This document shows, piece after piece, positions 1 to 10,159 of a DNA stretch of 64,000 nt. The notes below the pieces were generated by a model. That model searched no databases and was not told the DNA's origin. It saw nothing but the letters and a program-made list of their open reading frames with translations. The position numbers and the translations under genes were made by a program. Every line of letters starts with the position of its first letter. Within the stretch, counting starts at the first letter, position 1. The stretch is from Candidatus Bathyarchaeota archaeon. GTDB lineage: Archaea > Thermoproteota > Bathyarchaeia > Bathyarchaeales > Bathycorpusculaceae. The stretch lies in contig CAVZJV010000014.1 in the NCBI GenBank assembly GCA_963775685.1, forward strand, positions 2,048,001 to 2,112,000, in the 5' to 3' direction.

Positions 1-2
1 AC

Positions 3-830
3 GCTGGCCTATCTCTCTCATATGGGCATTATCCAACGTTTATTCAATCGATTGCTGGCGGTGTAATCTACTTGGCAACAAATGAACACACCATACCAAA
101 TCCACTCTACAAGGGCACTACATATACTGCTCTTAACGCATCTACTGGCGAGTTGATTTGGCAGCTTTCTGGCTATCCCAGTGAGTGGTCTACTCCTGGT
201 AGTGCTTGGGCTGTTGCAGACGGCTATTTGACATGCATGAACGGCTTGGATAACAACATCTACAGCATCGGCAAAGGACCCAGTGCAATGACAGTTTCAG
301 CTCCAGACCTATCGGCAGCCTCAGGACAGGCAGTGGTGATACATGGCGCAGTGACGGATATTTCGGCAGGTACAAAGCAGAGCCAGCAGGCAGCAGACTT
401 TCCAGCGGGTGTTCCAGTTGCAGCTGACTCTATCATGAAAGACTGGATGGGCTATGTCTATCAGCAGAAGGCGCTTCCTAGCAACTTTATTGGCGTTGAT
501 GTTACAATAAATGTTGTTGATGCAAACGGAAACTTTAGAAGTATTGGAACAGCAACAACCGACTACACTGGCGCATATAATCTAGTGTGGCAACCAGACA
601 TTTCAGGCACATACAATGTTATTGCTACTTTTGCAGGCACCAACGCTTACTGGCCATCATCTGCAACTGCGGCGTTTAATGTAATGGAGGAGCATCCGAC
701 TTTATCGCCCTCGCCTACTCTGGCGCCGTCTATGTCTGATCAATACTTCCTACCGGCAATTGCAGGGCTATTTGTCTTTGTAGCTGTAATTGGCGTTGTC
801 ATAATCTTAGTGCTAAGAAAACGGCCATAA
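3..830 (+). CDS. PQQ-like beta-propeller surface protein, C-terminal part (gene runs off the left edge)
   Basis: Frame is open from base 3 (AGLSLSYGHYPTFIQSIAGGVIYLATNEH...). The C-terminal module (IGKGPSA...FPAGVP...DWMGYVY...W.PDISG.Y...DQYFLP + TM helix + RKRP) closely parallels 4932..7484. Confidence 0.8.
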   Translation, partial: AGLSLSYGHYPTFIQSIAGGVIYLATNEHTIPNPLYKGTTYTALNASTGELIWQLSGYPSEWSTPGSAWAVADGYLTCMNGLDNNIYSIGKGPSAMTVSAPDLSAASGQAVVIHGAVTDISAGTKQSQQAADFPAGVPVAADSIMKDWMGYVYQQKALPSNFIGVDVTINVVDANGNFRSIGTATTDYTGAYNLVWQPDISGTYNVIATFAGTNAYWPSSATAAFNVMEEHPTLSPSPTLAPSMSDQYFLPAIAGLFVFVAVIGVVIILVLRKRP

Positions 831-837
831 ACAAACC

Positions 838-882
838 AAGTGGATAAAAAACCACTTCCCTCTTTATTTTTTTGTTTATTTT
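838..882 (+). terminator. Putative terminator: short hairpin AAGTGG/CCACTT followed by a T-rich tract
   Basis: 6-bp inverted repeat at 838-843/852-857, then an oligo-T run just after the stop codon. Confidence 0.45.
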
Positions 883-953
883 CCATAGTTTTTCAAACGG
901 TATATTAATCCCAAAAACCCACACTACTTCAAGTTACTCTCAACTTAGGTGTT

Positions 954-1769
954 ATGATGCTTAAAGCCCAATCCTTAGAAGACCAAATTCACCAAGCAAA
1001 CGTTGCAGTCCACCGCTTTGAAGCACCATACTATGAGCTTCTCCACCCTGAGGTTTACAGCAGGCAAGAACAAAGAAGAATTACCGCCAAACTGAAAGCA
1101 GTTGACCAACAAATTGGAGACAACCAACGAAATGTCCTTGACGTAGGCGCGGGAACAGGCAACTTAACTGGGAAACTCCTGCAGATGGGCTATAGTGTGA
1201 CGGCAACGGATATTTCGCCTGAAATGTGTGCGGTTCTAAAAAAAAAGTATGCTCGCTACTTGCAAGATAAATTGACAGTGATTAACTCGCCTATAGAGGA
1301 CCTGAGTTTCGGCATGGGCGAGTTTGACTTGATAACATTTTATTCTGTGCTTCATCATTTGCCCGACTATTCTTCGGCTCTTTGCACTATTTGCGGATAC
1401 CTGAAAAAGAGCGGCGTAATGTACATAGACCACGAGGCATCCCCTTTCTACTGGAAGGGCGAGCCAAGCATACTTGCTAGCTTAGTTAAAGGAATATATT
1501 TTCATTCGAACCCCCTGATCAACAGCCTTTACTTCCGGTTTATTGACTTAAAAGTTCCCACTATTGATTATACACTGTCAGATTACTGGCACAAAAAAGA
1601 ACATGCCCTAAACCACCAAGCCGTAGCCCAAGTCTTTAAACAAAAAGGTTTTGAGTTTTCTAACCGAACAGATTACTATCAACACGCCACCTGGATTCCA
1701 AACCCGCTGTTTCCGCTTTATCAGCTTTTGTGCAGACCTGAAATGAGTTATTGGATAGCAAAAAAATAG
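954..1769 (+). CDS. Class I SAM-dependent methyltransferase
   Basis: VLDVGAGTG motif I, TDISPEM, FDLITFYSVLHH. Confidence 0.85.
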   Translation: MMLKAQSLEDQIHQANVAVHRFEAPYYELLHPEVYSRQEQRRITAKLKAVDQQIGDNQRNVLDVGAGTGNLTGKLLQMGYSVTATDISPEMCAVLKKKYARYLQDKLTVINSPIEDLSFGMGEFDLITFYSVLHHLPDYSSALCTICGYLKKSGVMYIDHEASPFYWKGEPSILASLVKGIYFHSNPLINSLYFRFIDLKVPTIDYTLSDYWHKKEHALNHQAVAQVFKQKGFEFSNRTDYYQHATWIPNPLFPLYQLLCRPEMSYWIAKK

Positions 1770-1783
1770 TCGGCAAACAAGGT

Positions 1784-2869
1784 TTATCGGAAATCTGATT
1801 GCGCCTTTTCCAGCATGCTTACGACGGGTAACTGGTATGGGCATTTTACTTCACATTCATAACACTTAATGCATCTGTCGGCTTTAACTTCTAAACCGTT
1901 GTAGAGTTTTTTAGCCCACCCCTTCAAGTGATAGACCTGAAAGAGCGAATGGAAACGTAGTATGGCTGCTATGTTGAGGTTTTGGGGGCACGGCAGGCAT
2001 TGTCCACAGTCTTGACAATAGTTTGTCCCAAGAATAAAGTTGAAACGTTCTTTTTCTTTAGCTGTCAATCCAGCGTAATGTTCGCCGGCTTTAGCTGCGA
2101 TTTCAACTTCGCCTATGGATCTTAATCCTGGAATAACAGAGGAGACATCCTGCGACAGAACATACATTAATGCGCTGTTAACCATCTCGTCGCTGCTTTG
2201 ACCCAGTACCGTTTTGAGTTCTGGCTCATCCGAAACCAACGAAAGCGAAGGACTGTAAAGACACGTTATCAGGGTTGATGTTTTGGCTGACAGCGACTTC
2301 ATCACCACAACGCCAACATCTTGCGCCTTTGAAGCAGGTAACAGCTCCTCTAACGCCTGTCTAGTTACAACGTTAAGCGGCACCAAAACCGTGTCAAATT
2401 CGCCGCTCAAAACTGCCCTATTTAGAACCCGCGGTTTGTGCCCCGTAATGCCGATAAAATCCACCAGCCCCTGCTTGCGTGCTTCTTTGCAGGTTTGCAG
2501 CGAACCATCCTCGCTCATGGCTTTAGCAAGGGTTTTCTCGTCATCAATTCCATGAAGCTGAATGATATCCAGCCTGTCGGTTTGGAGTCGTCTTAAACTT
2601 TGTTCAAAATCTTCAAGGGATTCCTTTTTAGTTCTTGCACCCGTCTTGGTGGCGATGACGCATTGGTCTCTAACATCTTGCAGAGCTGCGCCGATTTTTT
2701 CTTCGCTGTCCCCATCAAGTTTTGCAGTGTCAAAGTAGTTAATGCCTAAATCAAAAGCTTTTCTTACAACTCTAACCGCTTCAAGGGTAGTGAGCTCGGA
2801 TATCCATGTTCCACCAAACCCTACGACTGAGACTTGGAGGTTTGTTTTTCCAAGTCTTCTCTTCTGCAA
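1784..2869 (-). CDS. Aldo/keto reductase with C-terminal 4Fe-4S dicluster domain
   Basis: RRLGKTNLQVSVVGFGG, GINYFDTA, IATKT, LQTDRLDIIQLH; C-terminal CxxCxxCxPCP and CxxCxxCxxxCP. Confidence 0.85.
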   Translation of the reverse strand: MQKRRLGKTNLQVSVVGFGGTWISELTTLEAVRVVRKAFDLGINYFDTAKLDGDSEEKIGAALQDVRDQCVIATKTGARTKKESLEDFEQSLRRLQTDRLDIIQLHGIDDEKTLAKAMSEDGSLQTCKEARKQGLVDFIGITGHKPRVLNRAVLSGEFDTVLVPLNVVTRQALEELLPASKAQDVGVVVMKSLSAKTSTLITCLYSPSLSLVSDEPELKTVLGQSSDEMVNSALMYVLSQDVSSVIPGLRSIGEVEIAAKAGEHYAGLTAKEKERFNFILGTNYCQDCGQCLPCPQNLNIAAILRFHSLFQVYHLKGWAKKLYNGLEVKADRCIKCYECEVKCPYQLPVVSMLEKAQSDFR

Positions 2870-2879
2870 TCCGATGCAT

Positions 2880-4304
2880 CTACGCTATACCTATGGCTTT
2901 CCGCGTTCCACCTGTGAGTCTTCGTTTCGCAAAGTTTAGGGCGCCTTCCCGGCGGACACGTTTAAGAATCTGCTTTGGGGTCATGTTGAACTCTTTGAAG
3001 AACCGCCGTTGAACCGCCATAAGTGAATTGTAGTCGTACTCGTCGGTTTTTACGCTCAATAAAAACTCGTCTAACTGGTCGTATTTTTTGGATTCTAAAA
3101 CTTCTTGGTATAGTTTGCTGTCTGGGTTGGCTATGAAAACGTTAAAGATACACCAGTCTGGGTTTAATTTCTTAGCGAACTTGAGCGAGGCTTCCATGTC
3201 CTTCAAGGTTTCATCGGGGACACCTAGCATGAAAGAGCAGGCGGTTTTTATGTCGTTTTTGCGGCAGAGCTTAAACGCGTTCTCTATTTGCTTCAGCTTT
3301 GTGTCTCTACCTATACGCTTGAGAACTTTCTCTGAGCCAGATTCAACGCCAAACCAAATGGTTTTGCATCCAGCTCTCTTCATCGCGACCAAAAGATCTT
3401 GATCGACCAAATCCACGCGGGTGTCGCAAACCCATTCCAAATCAAGCTTTTCCTTCACCATCAAGTCGCAGAGTTCAAGGGTTTGTTTTCTTCTGAGGGT
3501 AAAGTTATCGTTTATGAAGTAGATGCCTTTTGTGCCGTATTTGCTTTGCAGATCCTTTATTTCGCCGATGACTCTTTGAGGACTGAACCCTCGGCAGATG
3601 TTTCCCCAGAGCTTTTTGGTTTCGCAGAAACCGCAGTGATAGACACATCCGCGGCTGATGCTCATGACGTCGGCGGGTTTAACGTTTAAGTATTCGATTG
3701 TGCGGTCGTAGAGTTCAAGCGGCAACAGGGTCCTTGCAGGGTATGGAATTTCGTCCATGTTTTCTATGAATTTGGGCGGATTTTTGATGTTAACTCCTGC
3801 ACGCCTGTAAGCTACGCCTGGGATTGAGATGGTGGCGGCAGATTCAGCGCCATTTACGATGCAGGTGGCAAGCTCTGTAACTGCTCTCTCGCCTTCACCC
3901 ATAACTACATAATCAATCTCTGGGTTATCGAGTAAACTATCAGGCACATAAGAAGCATGCCATCCTCCTACAACTATTCTGGAGGTTGGCAAAGCCTCTT
4001 TTATGGCTCGAGCCGTTTCTATGCAACGTCGATAGGTGGCTGAACCACAAGTAATTCCGACAATTGTCGGATTTGTCTTTCTGACTAATTGCTTGACTTC
4101 TTCAATCGGCTTCTTCATGAGGTAGTTGTCGAGCATCTGAACTTGAAAACCTGCTTTTTCGAGTGCAGCAGCAACATACATTAAGCCGATGGGAGGTAAC
4201 CGTTTGCCAAGATACCATGCGCCGTTTTCAGGCGGGGCTGTAGTCATGAGCAGGATGTTTTTGTTTTCATTTTCAATACCCTGTTTGTTGGTTTTGGTAG
4301 CCAC
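2880..4304 (-). CDS. Cobalamin-binding radical SAM protein (class B methylase-like)
   Basis: N-terminal B12-binding domain (PPIGLMYVAAAL, VVGGWHA, VVMGEGE), SRGCVYHCGFC (CxxxCxxC), DDNF-like INDNF, FGVESG. Confidence 0.9.
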   Translation of the reverse strand: MATKTNKQGIENENKNILLMTTAPPENGAWYLGKRLPPIGLMYVAAALEKAGFQVQMLDNYLMKKPIEEVKQLVRKTNPTIVGITCGSATYRRCIETARAIKEALPTSRIVVGGWHASYVPDSLLDNPEIDYVVMGEGERAVTELATCIVNGAESAATISIPGVAYRRAGVNIKNPPKFIENMDEIPYPARTLLPLELYDRTIEYLNVKPADVMSISRGCVYHCGFCETKKLWGNICRGFSPQRVIGEIKDLQSKYGTKGIYFINDNFTLRRKQTLELCDLMVKEKLDLEWVCDTRVDLVDQDLLVAMKRAGCKTIWFGVESGSEKVLKRIGRDTKLKQIENAFKLCRKNDIKTACSFMLGVPDETLKDMEASLKFAKKLNPDWCIFNVFIANPDSKLYQEVLESKKYDQLDEFLLSVKTDEYDYNSLMAVQRRFFKEFNMTPKQILKRVRREGALNFAKRRLTGGTRKAIGIA

Positions 4305-4931
4305 GGCTTTGCCTCTGTGCGATTGAGTGTTATTACTTTTTGATGATATGCGTGTTTATAGCTTTAACGGAACACAACTATGCTTTTGGTTTTGCCTAGC
4401 ATTTTGCTGTTAAGGTCTGAAAACTCTCATCTTTGACATTGTCTGCAGTCTCTGGAAACTCATGGACTGTTGATATATACTGTTGCATAGTTGGCATTAT
4501 CTCTCTCGGAAATTTTTCTTGAGCTAATTTCAATCTACGTTGTTTCCGGATACTATGTTTCATTTCGTAGAGAAAAAGATTGTTCAATTGTATGACCATC
4601 CCTGATAACAATAGCACTTGCATATGTTTTTTCTAATAGTGTCTTTGGTTAGGTTTATTTTTTTGAGGCTTTGCGCTTGGGCTTCCTTAATTTGTACCTG
4701 TTAGGACTTATGTGCATCCAGTACTTGCTTTTTTCATTGTAGTTTACTGGTTTACTTATGTCTTGTTTCAGAAGACAAAAATTGAGGATATTGTGGCTTT
4801 TAGATTGTAAAAAAGGCAAAATTATCGCATATATTGCGCAGTTTGGCATAAATCTTATATGCACAAGCGCGGATTAATTTGCAAGATAACCAAGTTAAAA
4901 ATAAGTTAGTTATCTTTAAAAATTAAAGGAA

Positions 4932-7484
4932 ATGAAAAATAAAATGAAATATAGCAAAATATTTGCAACCTTGATAATATTGGCTTTTATGATTTCAATC
5001 GTTCCAATAACACAAGTTAAAGCACAGACAGCAGTAACTACATTAAAAACCTACCCAGTGTGCGATGCTGTTCCAGACCCGGTAGGTCTCGGACAGGACG
5101 TACTGGTAAAATTCGGAATTCTACAGCAGGCAGGCGCCGTTGAGCAAGGCTGGACGGGTGTAACTGTAACTGTTGTTAAACCTGATAACACCACAGAAAC
5201 ACTTGGGCCATTCAGAACAGATTCAACAGGGTCATCCTTTACATTATACACACCTGACCAAGTTGGCACATACTACTTAACGACACACTTCCCTGAACAA
5301 ACAAACCCCGTTGGCTTCTTCAGCTATGAAGCAAATGTGTTCATAGCCGAAGGCACGATAATGGCAGCAAGTACTAGTGCAACTGTAACCCTTAATGTAC
5401 AGCAGGAACCTTTGACGGATTATCCAGGGCATGCTCTTCCAACAGAATACTGGACTCGACCAATTGATGACCAGCTTAGGGAATGGTATTCAATCTCAGG
5501 AAACTGGGTTGGCGTACCTGACGCTAACAATAATTATTGGGTAAGCAATGGTCTCTACAACGATGATGCGCCAGAAACTGCTCACGTTCTATGGGCAAAC
5601 CCATTGACTACAGGCGGATTAACCGGAGGCCTAATAGGCGACCCGTTAGTTCCAGCAGGCTCTGAAACAGGCGATGCATACGAAGGCAAATTCCCAGGAT
5701 CAATAATATTGAATGGAATACTCTACTACCAGCGAACAGACACAAGAGCTGAACAAGCACCAGCAATAATTGCAGTAGATCTACACACTGGAGAACAATG
5801 GATGTTCAGAAACAATACTGTACTATCATTCGGTCAAATCTTCTACTTCAACAGCTACAACTCTGACGGAGTATTCACTTATGTCTGGTCAGTATCTGGC
5901 AGCACTTATACCGCATATGATCCATTCACCGGCAATCAGCAAATAGAAATTAAGAACGTACCTTCTGGCGTTAGAACATACGGTCCAAGCGGCGAGATCC
6001 TCATTTACATAATGGACTACACAAACGGATGGATGGCTCTCTGGAACTCAACCGATTGCGGACTTCAGAATGCAGTTATCGGCACTCCTGATTACGGCAG
6101 CTGGGGCAACACAGCTCACGGAACCGCATTGGGACCCGGATTAGACGGCGCAAACCCAAGATGCATCACATGGAACGTATCTATACCCGCAGGATTATCA
6201 GCTAGCACTTCATTCTTCGCACCAATATTGAAGGTCTATCCCGATAGAGTAATGTCCATGGTCTTCAATCAATCACAAGTCGAAGTATGGGCATTAAGTA
6301 CAACCGCAGGTTCAAGAGGACACTTATTATTCGACAAAACCTGGCAAGCACCAGCTGAATGGGTAGAAGGTTCCAACACTATAAACTATGTTGGCGCAAC
6401 TAGCCAAGTCGCAAATGGCGTTATCGCCTTATGGGACAAAGAACTACAAAAACACTATGCGTTCAGTACAGAAACTGGCGATTACCTCTGGCAAACAGAC
6501 TCTGAAATCTACTTAGATGCTTATGGCTGGGGCAACGCAGAGCACACATGGTACTTCGCATATGACCACTTGTATTCAGTCGGCGTTGGCGGAATAGTCT
6601 ATGCTTACAATCTCGCAACAGGCCACACAGATTGGACTTATGCAATGTCAGATCCATATAATGAACCTGTAACAGGCGAGAACTGGTGGGGCTGGATAGA
6701 TCTAATTACAGATGGAAAAATCTATGTCGGCACACTAGAGCACTCCGCTGAGAATCCAATACCACGTGGCGGACCCTACATATGTCTTAATGCAACAGAC
6801 GGCTCTGTTATCTGGCGAGTCAACGGAATGTTCCGAGAAACCCGCTGGGGCGGTAACGGAATCATCGGTGACAGCATCATAACTACAATGGACACATATG
6901 ATCAAAGAGTATACGCAATCGGCAAAGGTCCAACCGCCATTACGCTTGCAGCTTCACCGAAGGTTTCAGTAGAAGGCAGCAGCATTTTAGTGGAAGGCAT
7001 GGTAACTGACACTTCTCCAGGCACAGAGAAATACGCTGCTACATCAAGATTCCCGAACGGTGTTCCAGCAGTTTCAGACGAAAGCATGAGCGATTGGATG
7101 CTATACGTATACAAACAGTTTGATCGTCCAAACAATGCAACTGGCGTTTCAGTATCCATAGATGTTTTAGATGCTAACGGCAACTTTAGAAACGTCGGCA
7201 CAACAACAAGCGACTCTACCGGTTCATATAGTTTCAGTTGGATACCTGACATTCCAGGAAAATACACAGTTTTCGCTACCTTCGCTGGCTCGAAAGCTTA
7301 TTATGCATCATCAACTGAAAGCGCCTTCGTTGTCGACGTAGCACCACAAGCAACCGCAGCACCAACTGAACATCCAGCATCTATGGCTGATCAGTACTTC
7401 CTGCCACTATCAATTGGTATGATATTGGCAATAATAGTCATCGGCCTAATCCTTGCACTTCTGCTGCTAAGGAAACGACCATAA
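4932..7484 (+). CDS. Secreted, C-terminally anchored PQQ-like beta-propeller surface protein
   Basis: Signal peptide (..VKA|Q), repeated A.D..TG...W blades, C-terminal Ig-like module, DQYFLP + TM helix + RKRP. Confidence 0.85.
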   Translation: MKNKMKYSKIFATLIILAFMISIVPITQVKAQTAVTTLKTYPVCDAVPDPVGLGQDVLVKFGILQQAGAVEQGWTGVTVTVVKPDNTTETLGPFRTDSTGSSFTLYTPDQVGTYYLTTHFPEQTNPVGFFSYEANVFIAEGTIMAASTSATVTLNVQQEPLTDYPGHALPTEYWTRPIDDQLREWYSISGNWVGVPDANNNYWVSNGLYNDDAPETAHVLWANPLTTGGLTGGLIGDPLVPAGSETGDAYEGKFPGSIILNGILYYQRTDTRAEQAPAIIAVDLHTGEQWMFRNNTVLSFGQIFYFNSYNSDGVFTYVWSVSGSTYTAYDPFTGNQQIEIKNVPSGVRTYGPSGEILIYIMDYTNGWMALWNSTDCGLQNAVIGTPDYGSWGNTAHGTALGPGLDGANPRCITWNVSIPAGLSASTSFFAPILKVYPDRVMSMVFNQSQVEVWALSTTAGSRGHLLFDKTWQAPAEWVEGSNTINYVGATSQVANGVIALWDKELQKHYAFSTETGDYLWQTDSEIYLDAYGWGNAEHTWYFAYDHLYSVGVGGIVYAYNLATGHTDWTYAMSDPYNEPVTGENWWGWIDLITDGKIYVGTLEHSAENPIPRGGPYICLNATDGSVIWRVNGMFRETRWGGNGIIGDSIITTMDTYDQRVYAIGKGPTAITLAASPKVSVEGSSILVEGMVTDTSPGTEKYAATSRFPNGVPAVSDESMSDWMLYVYKQFDRPNNATGVSVSIDVLDANGNFRNVGTTTSDSTGSYSFSWIPDIPGKYTVFATFAGSKAYYASSTESAFVVDVAPQATAAPTEHPASMADQYFLPLSIGMILAIIVIGLILALLLLRKRP

Positions 7485-7718
7485 AAACAATCCACTACAA
7501 ACAACTCTTCCCTTTTTTTAGTCTCAACATCTTTTAGAAAATTTGAAGAACAGGTAGGGGCTGAGAAGGCTCCGGCAACAATTAACGAAATAGCCATAGT
7601 AAAAGAGCTTTTGCATTTTCGCTCTTTCTCCTTGAATTTAGTCCAGAGCCTCAGCAAATCCAAACACAAAAACAAAAGCGTCAATTGGCTTCCTAACTAA
7701 CTTATGGTTTCTTCTGAC

Positions 7719-8834
7719 TTACGTCTCTAACAGTATTCTTTTTATTGTTTCAACCAGTATCTGATTGTCTTTTGCTGATCTTACGGTGACTCGAAAGTGG
7801 TGGTCGTCTAAACCCATAAATGTGCAGCAATCGCGGATTAGGATGCGCTCTTGCGCTAACAATTCTTTAATCATGGTGGACGTGCTTTTTTTGGTCTCTA
7901 TTTTTACGAGCAGAAAGTTGGTTACGGATGGGTAGACGTGTAAGCCTTCGATTTCGCTTAAGTTTTTGGCAAGTGCTACGCGTTCTTTGGCGATAGTTTG
8001 CTTGGTGTTTTCGATGAATTCTTTGTCTTTGAAAGCTGCAAGTGTGACTTGACATGCTAAGCCATTTATGCTCCATGGCAGCCGAGTGGTTTGCAGCTTG
8101 TCGATGAGGGTTCCAGCGGCGATTGCGTAACCGAAACGTATGCCTGCCATACCATAGAACTTGGTGACTGAACGGATGACAAAGAGGTTCTCGTAATCTT
8201 TCACCATACCCGCCAAGGTGTTGTTTAAACTCTCTTCCGCAAACTCAATATAGTTCTCGTCCACGCTGAAAATGATGTCTTTTTTATTACAATACTTGAC
8301 CAGATCCGCGAGTGCTTCTTTGCTGTATAGCGTACCTGAGGGACTGTGTGGGTTACAAATGCACAAAATCTTCGTGTCGTCTGTAATTGCCTTCTTGATT
8401 TTATCTATTTCCAACCCAAAGTCTTGGGGCAATTGGAGAAACACTGGTTCTCCGCCAACTCGTAAAGCTGCCTTCTCGTACTCCGAAAATGAGGGTACAG
8501 GAATCAACGCTTTGAAGCCCCGTGGCAAAATCTCTGTAATCATGTAAATAAGTTCGATCGAACCGTTACCCAATAGAAGGTTTTCTGGTTCCACACCCTG
8601 CCCAACGTACTCGGCGATTTCTTTTTTGAACTCAACAGGGTTCGGGTCAGGATAATACCGGATTAACTTAGCATTCTGTTTTACAGCTTCGACGGCTTTT
8701 GGTGATGGTCCGAGAAAGTTTATGGGTCCGCTGAACTCGAGCACATCTTCGAGAGGTATGTTATATTTTCTGCTAAAGCCCCAGATGTCGCCACCGTGGC
8801 TAACGAACCTGCGTTTCTTACAGTTGCTAGACAA
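7719..8834 (-). CDS. cobD: Threonine-phosphate decarboxylase CobD (HisC/CobD PLP family)
   Basis: N-terminal HGG, YYPDP, GNGSIELI, CNPHSPSG, DENY, RSVTKFYGMAGIRFGY (PLP lysine); other cob genes nearby. Confidence 0.75.
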   Translation of the reverse strand: MSSNCKKRRFVSHGGDIWGFSRKYNIPLEDVLEFSGPINFLGPSPKAVEAVKQNAKLIRYYPDPNPVEFKKEIAEYVGQGVEPENLLLGNGSIELIYMITEILPRGFKALIPVPSFSEYEKAALRVGGEPVFLQLPQDFGLEIDKIKKAITDDTKILCICNPHSPSGTLYSKEALADLVKYCNKKDIIFSVDENYIEFAEESLNNTLAGMVKDYENLFVIRSVTKFYGMAGIRFGYAIAAGTLIDKLQTTRLPWSINGLACQVTLAAFKDKEFIENTKQTIAKERVALAKNLSEIEGLHVYPSVTNFLLVKIETKKSTSTMIKELLAQERILIRDCCTFMGLDDHHFRVTVRSAKDNQILVETIKRILLET

Positions 8835-9372
8835 CTTTCTCTGTCTCCATCAATCGGGTTATTTCCTTTTCTACATGTAGATGCGCTTTATAGTGGGCGT
8901 TGTAGAGGTTAACAACCTTGTACAGCCAATAAATTACCCCGATTCCCAAAGTAACTAAGGTTATTATCGCATAAGTTTTTATCGGTATTGTCTGAGGCAT
9001 GAAAATTCGCTCAGGTAGTGTAGATGCAAGGAAGGCATCTTGGCTGCGTTCATGCATCACCAAATCTTTGGATAATAGGTACACTATTATGAAAACTGGC
9101 ACGATAAGGATGATGCTTGCAGCCCAGACTTTTGCATTCATCGCTTTGAATCGCTGGCTTTCTGCAGGAGGCTTCCTTGAAGCACTTTTCAAGTAAAATG
9201 TTATCTGTTTTTCTATTGCTTGGTCTTTTTGGAAATGTCTGTTTCTGCCTTCGACCAATCGGTAAAACATCGGGAAAAACGCTAGTCCGAAAGTGACAAC
9301 TGCCCCCAAAAACCACATGGAAAACCAAACCTTTCGGTCGGCTTTAACTTTAATTTTCAATGTGTTTTCCAT
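8827..9372 (-). CDS. Membrane protein with duplicated DUF4234-like motif
   Basis: AVVTFGLAFFPMFY and LVTLGIGVIYWLYK...N repeats; overlaps the cobD start by 8 bp. Confidence 0.55.
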   Translation of the reverse strand: MENTLKIKVKADRKVWFSMWFLGAVVTFGLAFFPMFYRLVEGRNRHFQKDQAIEKQITFYLKSASRKPPAESQRFKAMNAKVWAASIILIVPVFIIVYLLSKDLVMHERSQDAFLASTLPERIFMPQTIPIKTYAIITLVTLGIGVIYWLYKVVNLYNAHYKAHLHVEKEITRLMETEKVV

Positions 9373-9455
9373 TTAGGCTCAAGCTGTCCATTAGATTGCT
9401 TACAAGGTTGGAGTAGCCAAACTTTATAAGGTCTTCCTTTGGCTTCTTAAATAAA

Positions 9456-10154
9456 ATGAGCTCAAGGGAAATGCTGCTTTCCGTCATAATTCCAGTGTAC
9501 AACGAGGAATTAACCATAGGCAACATTATCGACCGCACCAAGTTGGCATTGCAGCAAATAGGTTTAACTTTTGAAATCATCGTTGTAGATGACCGATCAT
9601 ACGACAGGTCCCTTGAAGTCGCCAAAAAATGCGGCGTTAAACTTTTGACATTAAAACAGCACTTGGGCAAGGGCTACGTGCTAAGGGCTGGGTTTGCCAA
9701 AGCTAAAGGTAACATTATTGTCACCATCGACTCCGACGGGTCACATCGACCAGAAGAACTAAAAGAAGTGTTAACGCCCCTTCTGGAGAATAAGGCAGAC
9801 CTTGTTATCGGTTCCAGATACATGAATAAAAAACCGGTCGCGGCTCGAAAACTAAATGCTTTTGGGGTTCGCATATTCAACTTCTTAATCCAGCTTTTAA
9901 CCCGAACCCCCACCACTGATTCCCAGTCAGGGTACCGTGCCATGAAACGGCAGGTTCTAAACAAGCAAAAGTTATACGCTCGGGAATACGAAATAGAATC
10001 TGAAATGCTAGTTAAAACAGTTAAGGCTGGTTTTAGGGTGGCTGAGGTGCCGATTAGTTTTGAGCAGCGCACTTATGGACATTCAGGCGTGGATCCACTG
10101 TGGGATGGCTCTAAAATCCTCTATTCAATTGTACTTGCTCATTTTAGGGGATAA
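9456..10154 (+). CDS. Glycosyltransferase family 2 (DPM1-like polyprenol-phosphate glycosyltransferase)
   Basis: SVIIPVYNEE, VVDD, GKG, DSDGSH, VIGSR, DSQSGYRA. Confidence 0.9.
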   Translation: MSSREMLLSVIIPVYNEELTIGNIIDRTKLALQQIGLTFEIIVVDDRSYDRSLEVAKKCGVKLLTLKQHLGKGYVLRAGFAKAKGNIIVTIDSDGSHRPEELKEVLTPLLENKADLVIGSRYMNKKPVAARKLNAFGVRIFNFLIQLLTRTPTTDSQSGYRAMKRQVLNKQKLYAREYEIESEMLVKTVKAGFRVAEVPISFEQRTYGHSGVDPLWDGSKILYSIVLAHFRG

Positions 10155-10159
10155 CAAAA

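Noticed and set aside
4396-4864. Two short minus-strand ORFs between the radical SAM and propeller genes
   Set aside because: No motifs or RBS support; they lie in an AT-rich divergent promoter region.
4883-4916. 8-bp inverted repeat AAGATAAC/GTTATCTT before the propeller gene
   Set aside because: Could be an operator, but a single short AT-rich repeat cannot be distinguished from chance.
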